A stretch of DNA of 62,000 bases from Wallemia ichthyophaga EXF-994 (taxonomy: Eukaryota; Fungi; Basidiomycota): contig NW_008806293.1 in NCBI RefSeq assembly GCF_000400465.1, positions 62,601 through 124,600 of the forward strand, written 5' to 3'. Positions within the stretch are counted from its first letter, which is position 1, and every line of letters begins with the position of its first letter. The notes beneath the pieces were generated by a model, which saw only the letters and a program-made list of their open reading frames with translations, had not been told where the DNA came from and searched no databases. Below are positions 48,039 through 58,906 of this stretch, one piece after another. Position numbers and translations under genes: made by a program.

Positions 48039-51000
48039 ATGTTGCGGTGGTTGATCACTTACGTCCAAGTCGGTTGCCGTAAAATTAGAAAAACTTGGAT
48101 ATTTACTGATATTTCACACCACAGTGAACTGGGAATGGCTCAGATTACCTCAGATACCCAACATCTCTCTTCTCCCGTTTGAAATTTCAAAATCCGTGTT
48201 GAGCTATCTCCTTAGATGGATACTGAGAAGGTACATAAACGTAGATACATTTCCAGACAACATCGATGACGCCATTGTCCTCGAAAACAAGTCTCTAAAT
48301 TCCCGAGTTCGTCACGCTCTCTTCTCACCCCCACTCATCTTACATAATCACAGCCAATCAATCAACACCTGTCAAGCTCACCAATTGACGTCATTTCTGC
48401 TAAATTCAATAGGCTATCTATACGCATTCCATGGTCTAACCCGCTCAGCCAATCAATTTCCATTGATTTGGATGGCTTGGACGTGTTTTTGGCACCTTGC
48501 ACAGCAAGAGAAGAAGAACCACACCCACAGCTAAACGTTGACTCCCTCGCTCAACAGTATCTCGACAACAACAATGATTATCCAATCCCTGGATCATTCG
48601 ATGTACACTCTCACTCCGCCACTTCGGCCACCTCAGCTACCTCACAGAGATCTCTGCTTAAATCACTTATAAATGCTATTTTAGCTAAAATCAATGTTAC
48701 ACTCACAAACACCCAAATCACTCTATCAAATAGCGATAGCTCTATTCAATGTAAAATGGCGTCATTAGAGTTCGGTGACGTCGATTTAAGCGCAAATCAG
48801 CGAACTTTCTCTTTAAATGGTGTTGAGCTGTTTACCCACACCACACAGCAGCCACAGCAGCCACAAAGCTCTCAGATGTTCATGAGCGCACAAGAGAGTC
48901 TCCACCAAACTCCATCCACACATCGAATCCTAAACTTGACCAATAAAATCACCCTCACTCTCCAAAATGATTTAAATGACTCAATACCTACGATAAATAT
49001 GGATATTGGTGGTGTAGTTTTGCTTCTCTACCCATCCACCGTTTCCTGCCTTCTCCATCTCATTCAGTCGTTCCCTGTTGCTTCCAAGACAAATGCACAC
49101 ACAGAGTCACGGACAGATGCTCCTTTCATCTTCGGTATCCTCCTACGCCATCTGCGCGTCTTCATTCTCTTGGACGAATTAGACTACATTATCAACGAGG
49201 ATGATCTGTGGAAGGGCACCACCTCTAATTTCCACATACCAGGCTATTATGTCGAGGCTAGCATCACAGATATTGATATCACAGCTCCTCAATGGTCAAT
49301 GACGGTGGGCGACGCCAGCGTAATGGCGAGTGACTCTGTTCGTACATTCCCACTGCTCATTTTCGACGACGCTGTATCAAACGCAGTGTCTAGTGCAGCG
49401 CCCACAATGTCCGACTGGCTGTCAGAGGAAGAAGAGGGCGGAGATGAGCGTATTTACGACAACATGACGTGGAAGCTGCTCAGCACAGACGCAAATGGAG
49501 CAGCTAGTACGCCTCCAAAAAACAAATCTATCATCAAAATGACTGGGAGAGATGTATGCATCTCCTCCACTCACCTATTCGCTGATTTGGCTGTTGTCGA
49601 GCGGTTTTTCGGCAGCGATCTCTTCCAAGCATTGAATGTGAACGTGGCTGCGACTCACGACAGCATTGTCAACTCACTTTTACAAGAGGCAGATAAAAGC
49701 ATTTCACCTGCATCTGCATCTGCTTCCGAAATACTATCACCCCTCCAATCCATCCCTTTCACGCTTACGCTAGATGCTATCAGAGTGTCTTTGCGCTGTC
49801 CACCCCCCTCTCCACACCATCAATTGCGTTCGGGAATTCTGACGATAGATGTGCGCCAGCTTAGTCTCACTCCACTTTCAAACACTCGAACAACCGACGT
49901 TAGCATGGAGTATTCAAATGTATACTGGCTTGATGCGCGTCATCATCATGTATGTAGCGGACCAAAGCGTATTACGAAAGTGGACGCACCGAAGCTAGCA
50001 ATCAAGACGCGCACACACGCTCACTCAACACCTAAACTCACACTGGCTATCCCATACATAGAGTTCGAATTTAGGAGGCGTGAGCTGGTCGGGCTGCAGT
50101 ATCTCGCCGACGACGTGGCTTTGCTAAGCGAGCGTATCAAGGCGAGTAGAGGGAAGGTTGGAGAGAATGTTAATGTGATGCAGTCGGTCGTGGAGCTCGT
50201 CAAGAGTCGGTTAGTGGTTGATGAGATGGCCGCGGATGTGAGTGGTAGCAGCCATGTTCACACTCAAACTCAAGATGGATCTATGCACGACTTCTTCGAG
50301 GCTGAGAATGCTGAGAAAGAAGAAAATCATGGTGACACTGAAGCTGATCTTGATGTGCATTTAGATGCAGGTAAATACATGATAGATGTCCCCACTATCA
50401 ACTTGAGCACGGGGAAGGAGACGGGCGAGTGTTCGCTGGTGGTTGCCGACGTACGCGACATAGACGTTTCGGCAAGATTTCCACAAGATGCACGCAAAAC
50501 GAGCAAAAGTAAGAAGGTTTGAAAATAGTACTGGTGTGTCGACGACGGCTGACGTGCTGCAGGATAGCAAGACAAGTTTCAAAGTGACACTTCTATCGAT
50601 CATAGTGAGAGAGGGCGACAACGACCCACTGGTAGAATCACATCGCCACATGGAGAACCCAGCCATTTATCTCTTTTTCAATGCTTCTGTGTCTAGGAAA
50701 GGTGTGAAGACGTCAGCAGCAGAGATAGTGCTCCACTCGGTGATCTTCAACAGTGACCTCAACACAGATCTCTTGCGTGATATTGCTTTCTTGCTCCAAC
50801 CACCACCAGGGGTGTGTTGCTTTAATATTAGTGGTGGCTACGTCTAACGCACATCTCGGCAGGTCTTCGAGAACGCCGTTCCCTCCGATATCACGACTCT
50901 GGGAGTGCGCCTGAAAGATGTATCGGCGCGCATTTGTCCCCTCACCTCGCAACGTCGTCTCGTCGTCCATTTCGGCAATACCTACATACATTTGACACTG

Positions 51001-53553
51001 CGAGCTGAGAGTGAAGTGAAAGATGTGAAGAATGTCGCTGGTAATGTATCGCTCTTCCTCGTCGACAACGAGGCGGAGGCGCTGCAGAGACGTAAGGGGA
51101 ACATGGAGCAGCGCGACGTGTTTAGAGGGAGTTTAAGGGATCATTGGAAGGTTAGTAAACAGAGGCATTACAACACCACACTAACCCATCTACTCCACCA
51201 GTCCGCTGGATATGTGCAGATTGCAGAGCTCGTCAAAGTGACCAGCAAGTTCAAAGTTAATCTCAAGTCAACAGACACTGCCAAAGTGATAGCTGAGATA
51301 ATGTACGCAGATGGTCGAGTGGGGGTATGTGCCGATTCGCTGAGTACAATAAAGCAATTCCTGTCCGACCTGTCACCCACTTCGCCATCTTCAACGAGCG
51401 ACCGAACTGTACACTCGCACTCCTCGCCAGCCGAGGACACGAACGCATACACGAACCTGCTCGCCTCGCTCGACGAGACGGCCTTTGCGCAGCTTCCGGA
51501 GACATACACGACCATGAGCGCGGACATGTTGGACGACGATATTCCCACCAACCTCGAGTATGCCGAGAGTGGTGCGCACCAATCGCACTATATGGAGCGA
51601 GGGTTAGAATTTGATGCGTACCGTGAAGGGCTTTCGCCTTCGTCTTCGGACGTGGTGCACGACGAGTTGGACGACTATGTCATGCCCGCGGCCTCGCAGC
51701 CTGCAGAGAAAGCAGAGGTGATAGTGCCTGGTGCAATGATGCGCGAGGGCTTCGTAGAGCTGCTGCGGGAGAGATACGCCGAGGATCAATATGCTGCACA
51801 GACGCAGAGGCGCCTGTCGTTGGTTGACGTCACGCTGCACCGTGCTGATGTTTCGCTGCAGCTCTTCGACGGGTGCGACTGGGTGCGTACGCGCGCTAAA
51901 ATAGAGCAGGAGTATCGCAAATTGAGGAGAAAGCTCGTGCGCATACGCCAGCTGCTTTCTACAGGTCAGCAGGTGGACACCACCGACGAGCTTTCGTGCG
52001 ATGTGTACGGAGCTTACAGTGTCGGCCTCAGCAGTAGTAGCGCGGGAAGCACTGATTCTCACATCGACACCTCTGAAGATTTCCTCAAAGCTATAGACGA
52101 GGAATTGGGTGTGGCGGGCGAGGAGAGTGACAGCGAGTGGCAGAATCTAAGCACACCTTCTCAGTCACACAGAACGAAAGAATCTGTCCCAGCACCAGAT
52201 CACACTCATACTCACACGTCAGACTTCAAGAAATCGCTACAGAGATCCTCCGCTCCGTTCGTTGAAGTCACAGCGCGTGACGTGCACTCTTCCTACACGA
52301 AGTTCGCTGAGGGAGACAAGGCATCTGCTACCAAGCTATCGATTAAAGATATGGAGGTCTTGGATGGGGTGACGCAGAAGAGCAAATGGAGGAAATTCAT
52401 GACAGCGTTACAGAAAGACCTTAGAGGAAATATGCGCGAGTCTAACTCGAATATGGTAGAAGTGACACTCAATAATTTGCTCACTGATGCTAATGAGGAG
52501 GAGATTTCACTGCTGTGTCGCATCCTGCCCATCAAGCTCAACATGGACCAGGATGCACTCGACTTCCTCAAGCGTTTCATCGCCTTTAAAGATGAAGGGG
52601 AGAGTGCTATTGGCAGGCCAAGTGGACCTTATATCCGTGTGTTGGGCCAATTGCAAGACGAATTTGACTAACTCACAATTTAGGTCAAGCTATTATTGAG
52701 CCGGTCGAGATCAAGATGGACTACAAACCGAAGCATGTCAACTACGCGGCTCTGCGACAGGGAAAGACGATGGAAATGATGAATTTCTTTCATTTCGATG
52801 GATCTGAGATCATACTGCGCAGGATCATGATATCGGGGGTGGGTTCAGCACTTGGAAATTGGAACAGGAGGAAGATCTAACACTAGATCGATCAGATCGT
52901 CGGCTGGCCGCGCTTGTTTGATCTACTGCAGGACACATGGACACCCGACGTCAAGGCAAACCAGCTGTCGGATGTGATCTCGGGAGTTGCGCCAGTTCGT
53001 TCACTAGTGAACGTTGGCAGTGGTGTAGCCGATCTCGTACTGCTGCCTATTGAGCAATACAGACACGACAAGCGCATCATAAGAGGGCTCCAGAAAGGCG
53101 GAACTTCTTTCGCGCGGAATGCAGGCATGGAAGCAGTGCGACTAGGAGCAAAGCTCATCAACGGTACGCAAGTGGTGTTAGAGCATGCAGAAAGTATTCT
53201 CGCCAACAGGCCATCGCAGGATAAGGTGACGATGGAGGCGGTTGAAGAAGAGACACAGCCGACGACATTGAAACAGGGAATGGAGAGTGCATATAGATCG
53301 TTGAACAGTAATTTGAATGATGCAGCACAGACTATATTGGCTGGTGGGTGCTATACATATGATAGCTACCTGGCTTCCTCGCTAATGCACACATATAGTT
53401 CCAATGGAGGTGTTTGAGAAGGGCGATAAGAATAAACCGATCATACGAGCTGTTCCGATTGCGATATTGAAACCACTGATCGGGTTGACAAGTGCGGCTG
53501 CCAAGATCCAGCAAGGCTTTTTGAATAAATATGACGAACAACGAAGAGAATGA
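48039..53553 (+). CDS. ATG2: Autophagy lipid-transfer protein Atg2
   Basis: Chorein-N-like start, LQLFDGCDWVRTR, PIKLNMDQDALDFLKRF, MDYKPKHVNYAAL, TWTPDVKANQL, GVAPVRSLVNVGSGVADLVLLP and RAVPIAILKPLIG. The first exon (ATG 48039, intron 48079-48124) is inferred. Confidence 0.92.
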
Positions 53554-53596
53554 GTGTGTTGTAAAATAGGAATTCTAATGAATGATGTATGTTGTA

Positions 53597-54234
53597 CTAT
53601 GCTTTCGTTGATGTACTTCTCCGATCGCGCAGGTACATCACCAAGGAGAAGATGTAGATACTGGCGAGAATATAGGCGAAGTACTTGGGCAAACCGTCGT
53701 GCTGTCTGGCGATGGTGGATGCGTAGAAGAAAGCGGTAACTACGAGGATAAACTTCACGAGTAGGACGATTGAGTTGTTGGTCGAGATGTTTATACTGTC
53801 AGTGAAGTGGGACAAGTCCTTCATTGCACCGCGATATAACAGACTGGTTTCAAACAAGTTGACTCCGCAGCTCCGAGGAGAATAAAATCTAAATTGTACA
53901 AATGTAAAATGGTGGTATGGATAGGGTGAATGTAATGGAATGTGCGCTGTTTTCATCTGCTACACAGCCTGCATTTCATATAGTACTCCAGGTTTAGGAC
54001 GACGTTGACGAGCAAGAATCCGATTGAGGATGATTCGATAAGGCTGTTGAGCGTCTGCGGCAGCTGGCAGCTTGTGCAGCTTTGATATACGTGGAATATC
54101 GAACTGGCTGATATGAGAATATACGAGCCCATCCACAGGTATCTCCTCCGTCTTATCTGCGCAATAGCTTCGTGGTGTGTCGTCAAACCGCCTTGGTGAT
54201 CTTCGTGGTGCTCTTCGTAGTGGTAGTAGCGCAT
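53597..54234 (-). CDS. Hypothetical small multi-pass membrane protein
   Basis: Two ORF segments separated by a GTAG..CAG-bounded stretch; about four hydrophobic helices, a His-rich N-terminus and two CxxC motifs. Confidence 0.5.
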
Positions 54235-55259
54235 TGGTATGCCTGTTGCTAAGCTTTGTTACTTTTGGTTAATGACAGCGCCTCGAAGCGAACTATATTC
54301 ATCCATGCAAGGCACAAGCCAGGCACTACCTTATTAAACCCCTGAACAGTTCATAAGAACGAAACGTGACATAGCGGCGTTCTGTATAAATCGGCCATTA
54401 ACAATCTCCGCACTGTTTCTCCTTGTTAACTTTTCCGAAGAAAGGGGGCAAATCTCCATGCTTCTCAACTGCAAATATATCTTAAATTTAAGTTAAACTG
54501 GCTTGAAAGATTAAGGCCCCATCCAAACGCGTGTAGAAGATGTGTCGTGGGTTGCCGAACGAGTCTAAATTAGGCAATTGGGTTAATCAGTTACAAATTA
54601 AACAAGTCAAGTCACCGAATCAGATTTTAGGGTGGTGAAGGTGGCAGAGATGGTAGTTTGGGATATTCTGTTAACTTTCACAGTAGCTCGGAGTTGTACC
54701 GCTTTTTTCGGAAATTGACGATTGATAGGGTACATTTGTGAGTGAGACGGCAACTGTGACTATCAAATTGCGCTTTTGTGAGACTTCGCGTGTACTTCTA
54801 CCTATTTCCTATTCCGCTCTATTTGCTCCTCATCCCCATCATCCCATAAAATACTAGACGAAATAGAACATCCCAAGTTGAGAATGACATATACGGAAAA
54901 ATGATGAGCTATTCTACTCTTCTGGCATTTTCTTAAACTTTCCGGCTTCATGAATGTATCCTCAGTGCTAGCAGCGACCACAACCCGGTGATGTCATTTT
55001 GTTTGAAATGTAAAGCAGGTATTTCTTAATATAGAAATTAGTGAACCATAATCATCATGTTTTGTTCAAATACACTCCTCCAAAATCTACTCCTACTTAC
55101 AAATTTCAAAATTATCAAGAATGTTGATTCAACTTCTACATACCGCGCCTCGTTCATCAAGCAAGCGTGTTTATTTTCCAACCAAAACCTCTTTTTCAAA
55201 TCAAATAGATAATTAGCTCGGGAAGAGCTACACGAATACCATTGAGATAGATCCACACT

Positions 55260-57305
55260 ATGACCCAACAGCTTTTGCGTGAGTTGCAGGTTTTGCTGGA
55301 GATTTTGAGGACTTCTCTCTGACTAGCTCCCAGCAGACTGGCTATCGTACTCTCGTATAGCAGGACAGAATGCCTATACTATTGTACAGCAGCCGCAGAC
55401 TTACTACGGACCGTCTATTCCGCTGGGCGGTGGATGGGACTACGGTGGTCTAACTTCGCCCACGTCTTCAGAAGGAAGCAGCACAGCTAGCAGTAGCAGC
55501 TCTGGTAGCTCTAGCCAGACTAGTAGCGCGTCAGACGCGTCCAGTACGTCGAGTACGTCTGGTATATCAAACACGTCAAGCACGTCGAGCAACTCAAGTA
55601 GCCAAACTAGTAGCTCTAGTAGCTCTAGTAGACCATCAACTACCTCCAGTTCATCTACCACATCTACCACATCTACCACATCTAGCTCGTCCACCACCTC
55701 CAGCATATCCTCCAGTACCACAAATCCACCAATCACCTCATCCACTACTACACCTCTGCCTTCTTCAAGCACAAGTAGCGGCGTAGGCCCGGCAGCTGGT
55801 GATACAGTTGAGGCAAGTGAGACAAGTGACACTGGCAAAGTGAGTATTTGAACATGCAACTTCGTAGGTCAGAAACTCACACCAAAAAGATACTAGCGAT
55901 AGTGCTGCCTGTCATACTCGGACCACTACTCCTTCTACTGCTACTGTTACTGCTGCGATGTGTATACAAGCGTAAGATGAACAAAGACATAGAGCGGCGC
56001 CAGTTTGAAGTTACACCTTTCCTAGCAACCCATCAAACACGTCCTTCGGATGCAGATGCAGCGCTGTACAACACTGCACCCAAACCGACGCAAACGCAAA
56101 CGCAAGCGCAATCTCAATCATGTCCTAGTACCTGGTTTGCCATGCTGGGAAGTAAGGCAAAGGCATGGAATGAGGAGAGAGATCGAGAGAAAAAATTCAC
56201 TTCGCTGCCGCCTCCACGCAGCCGCGGATTCAAGACAGATTTGTCAATTGAGGATAAAGTAACGCCAGTGCAGCGCCGCCAGAGCAATATGTTCAAGGTA
56301 TCGCCATTGCTAGGAACGTCATCGTCGAATGAGAAGCCATCGCAAAACAGGCCGATATCGCAGACGCAGTTCGGCGACAGTGACGGCTGGTCCGACAACC
56401 AGTCTGATAAGTACAGCTCACCTCTGGACAAGATCCGCCAGATGCGGCTTTCGATGCTGAGCAACCACACGGTAAACGATGACGACAACGAACACGATTA
56501 TCCCAGCACTAGCGCTGGGATGTGGGGATTGGCTACTAGCATGTTTCCTCGTCGCTCAATGAGGGCACAGCCACCACTCAGTGGCAGCGTTGGAAAGAGA
56601 GTTCGACCTTATAAACGGATAGATAACGACGCGTACTCGCTCGCTAACGATAGTAGCAGCAGCAGTGGGGATGCATATTTTCCAATCGTGCCCACTGCGC
56701 GCATTGATGATTTCTACGATAACAGTGCAAGTTCGAAAAACTCGAAAGAGAAGAGTAACTCAAGTGGAAGTATGTCATTCAAAACAAGCAGCCCGTCACC
56801 TATCCCACCGCCATTCGCGTTCAAAACGAACCAGGTATCGCCGTCGATGTCTAGTATGTCTCAGTTCACAAACCACTCCACGAATTCCAACTGGCTTAAT
56901 ACGGAAGAGCGGGAACGCAGAATTGGTACAGCTTCGACACGATCAGGGTCGTACGACACTGCTTCCGAGGGCTATGACAGCAGGTCTGATAGTCGCAACG
57001 CGAGCAGTAACTCTAAGGAGTCGACGCCCGTCTCTAGTTCATCGGATAGCAGTCGACGTCGTCCGCCTGTGTTTCCACGTACTAGCGATACTGTCTTTGG
57101 GCAGATGATAGCAGATAAGGAGAGCGCGTTTGACTTTGGACCTCCCCGAAATGATTATCAGCCTGTCATCGTGGAAGAGGATGAGGATGAGGATGAAAAT
57201 GATGGTGAGGAAGAGGATAGGAGGAGGGAGGAAGCTATGGCTGTCCCTAAGTCAAGGTGGAAAGAGAATGCACGTCCTTTCCGGGGTAGAGGGGGTAGCC
57301 GTTAA
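55260..57305 (+). CDS. Single-pass Ser/Thr-rich (mucin/Mid2-like) surface protein
   Basis: ATG 55260; intron 55279-55333; YYGPSIPLGGGWDYGGLTSP; ~125 aa S/T stalk; intron 55839-55888; TM helix ILAIVLPVILGPLLLLLLLLL followed by RCVYKRK; long Ser-rich cytoplasmic tail. Confidence 0.75.
55654..55680 (+). repeat. (TCTACCACA)3 encoding STT repeats
   Basis: Direct reading in the S/T stalk. Confidence 0.9.
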
Positions 57306-57444
57306 TGGCTGCAACTAAAGCGGACTTTACTTTTTTTTACTTTTATTCTTATCTTGTATCAGTTTTGTAACTTGTTCAGTTTATGCATAAAGTACTTTTC
57401 TTTTTTGAAAATTGGTGTATTCTGAAAAAAAAAAAGTGATATTC

Positions 57445-58572
57445 TTAACAAATCAAATCAAATTTGGCCAAGTGAAGCTCTGGAGCATTCTTGAGCGCGT
57501 TTGTTGAATGCTTCTTGTGCACCCTTGAAGTCTTTTCTTGTCCACTTCTCCATCGCGTCACCTTGCAGACCCCTTCCAAAGCTGAAAGTGAGGGGCGGGA
57601 GTCTGATGTTTTCTTTCTTTGCATACTTGTTGACAGCGCTGAGGAAAGCCACGCTGTCGCCATCCGATAAGCCGCCAGAGAGGAAAACAACACCGGGCAT
57701 TGCCACGGGGACAGAACGAGAGAGAGCCAGGGCAGTAGCTTTGCCTACAGAGTCTGCGGTGAGATTCTTGCGTTCGCTGTTTAGTGAACCTGGCTGAACA
57801 AAGGAAGGTTTGAGCAGGGTGCCTTTGTGCGGTGTTAGTTGGGGTATTACAAAGACCGAAAGACAAACACACCTTCCAAGTAAACCCCATGAGCAGCTAG
57901 TTTCTCGTATATGTTTGCAATGACCTTGATGTGCACTTCGAGTGAGCGTTCGAGGGTTGCGTCACCAGAGAAATCAAGATCAGGTTCGACGACTGGAACG
58001 AGACCGACGGCTTGACTGACGGCAGCCATTCTAGCCAAAGAAGTCGCTTGAGCATCTATGGCAAGTTGAGAAGGCAGAGTGGATGAGTTGACGAGGATTG
58101 GTGCTCTCCATTTGGTGAATCTTGCGCCGTGTTTCTTGAAGAGCTCACAGCGAGCGGTGAGATCGTCTAAGCCTTGCGTGAACACCTCACCGTCACCGGC
58201 GCCTGGCAGTGGCTGGCCATCAGTGTCGATTCTCACGCCGGGCACGATACCTCGCTGAGACAAGACATTGGCGAGATTGAAATCGACAAGGGTTTCTTGG
58301 TAGAGGATGCAGCCTGAGATGTGGTCGGTGGGTAGAGACTCGTAGAGGCATTTGCGCCATTCGTAGCGTCTCTGTTTCTCTTCATCGGGATTGTACTGCT
58401 TGCTGTTGGGACCCTCAGCAGCAGCTAGCCTTGCAGATATAGCCTCAGTGGTCTCATCAGTAGCATAAATTCCCTTTCCATGCTCAACTAACGCCGTGGC
58501 TGTGTTTTTCAGCTGCGAGTTGAAATCTGATTTTGTGGATGATTTAGCGAATGAGTATCCTGTAGTAGACAT
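57445..58572 (-). CDS. Class I (Schiff-base) fructose-bisphosphate aldolase
   Basis: GKGIYATDET, TQGLDDL, ARFTKWRA, GLVPVVEPD, EG|TLLKP (Schiff-base Lys), VVFLSGG and FSFGRGLQ. One intron, about 57824-57873. Confidence 0.92.
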
Positions 58573-58606
58573 TGATAGAATTGGTTAAGGATTAATTCCT
58601 CATAAT

Positions 58607-58617
58607 CCCCTTATATA
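58607..58617 (-). promoter_or_regulatory. TATA box abutting a STRE-like AGGGG upstream of the aldolase
   Basis: Minus strand reads TATATAAGGGG, about 35-45 nt upstream of ATG 58572. Confidence 0.5.
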
Positions 58618-58906
58618 CGCCCTATAGCCCCGAAGTTCCACATCATATGAACAAAGTGCCGGGTGGAATTTCGGTGTGAATATGTTTATGAATGTATTAC
58701 GCAGTTATTATTACACCGTAATCTAGCCTATTCACCGTCTATATCCCGCAGAGCAAAATATTGGTCATCACAGCCATCACAATCATCATAGCCATGAAAC
58801 CGATAAGACTTAACACACCGATATGCATGTTTTTAGAATGAATTAATAATTTCAAATTATCCAAATCAGTTGAGCCACAGTCAGTTCCTCTACTCAGTCA
58901 ACGTCG

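Noticed and set aside
54901-54907. ATGATGA box C-like motif in the 54.2-55.2 kb gap
   Set aside because: No box D at a suitable distance; the gap is adequately explained as a divergent promoter.
55440-55859. Val/Asp/Leu-repeat ORF on the minus strand
   Set aside because: Antisense shadow of the Ser/Thr-rich mucin stalk.
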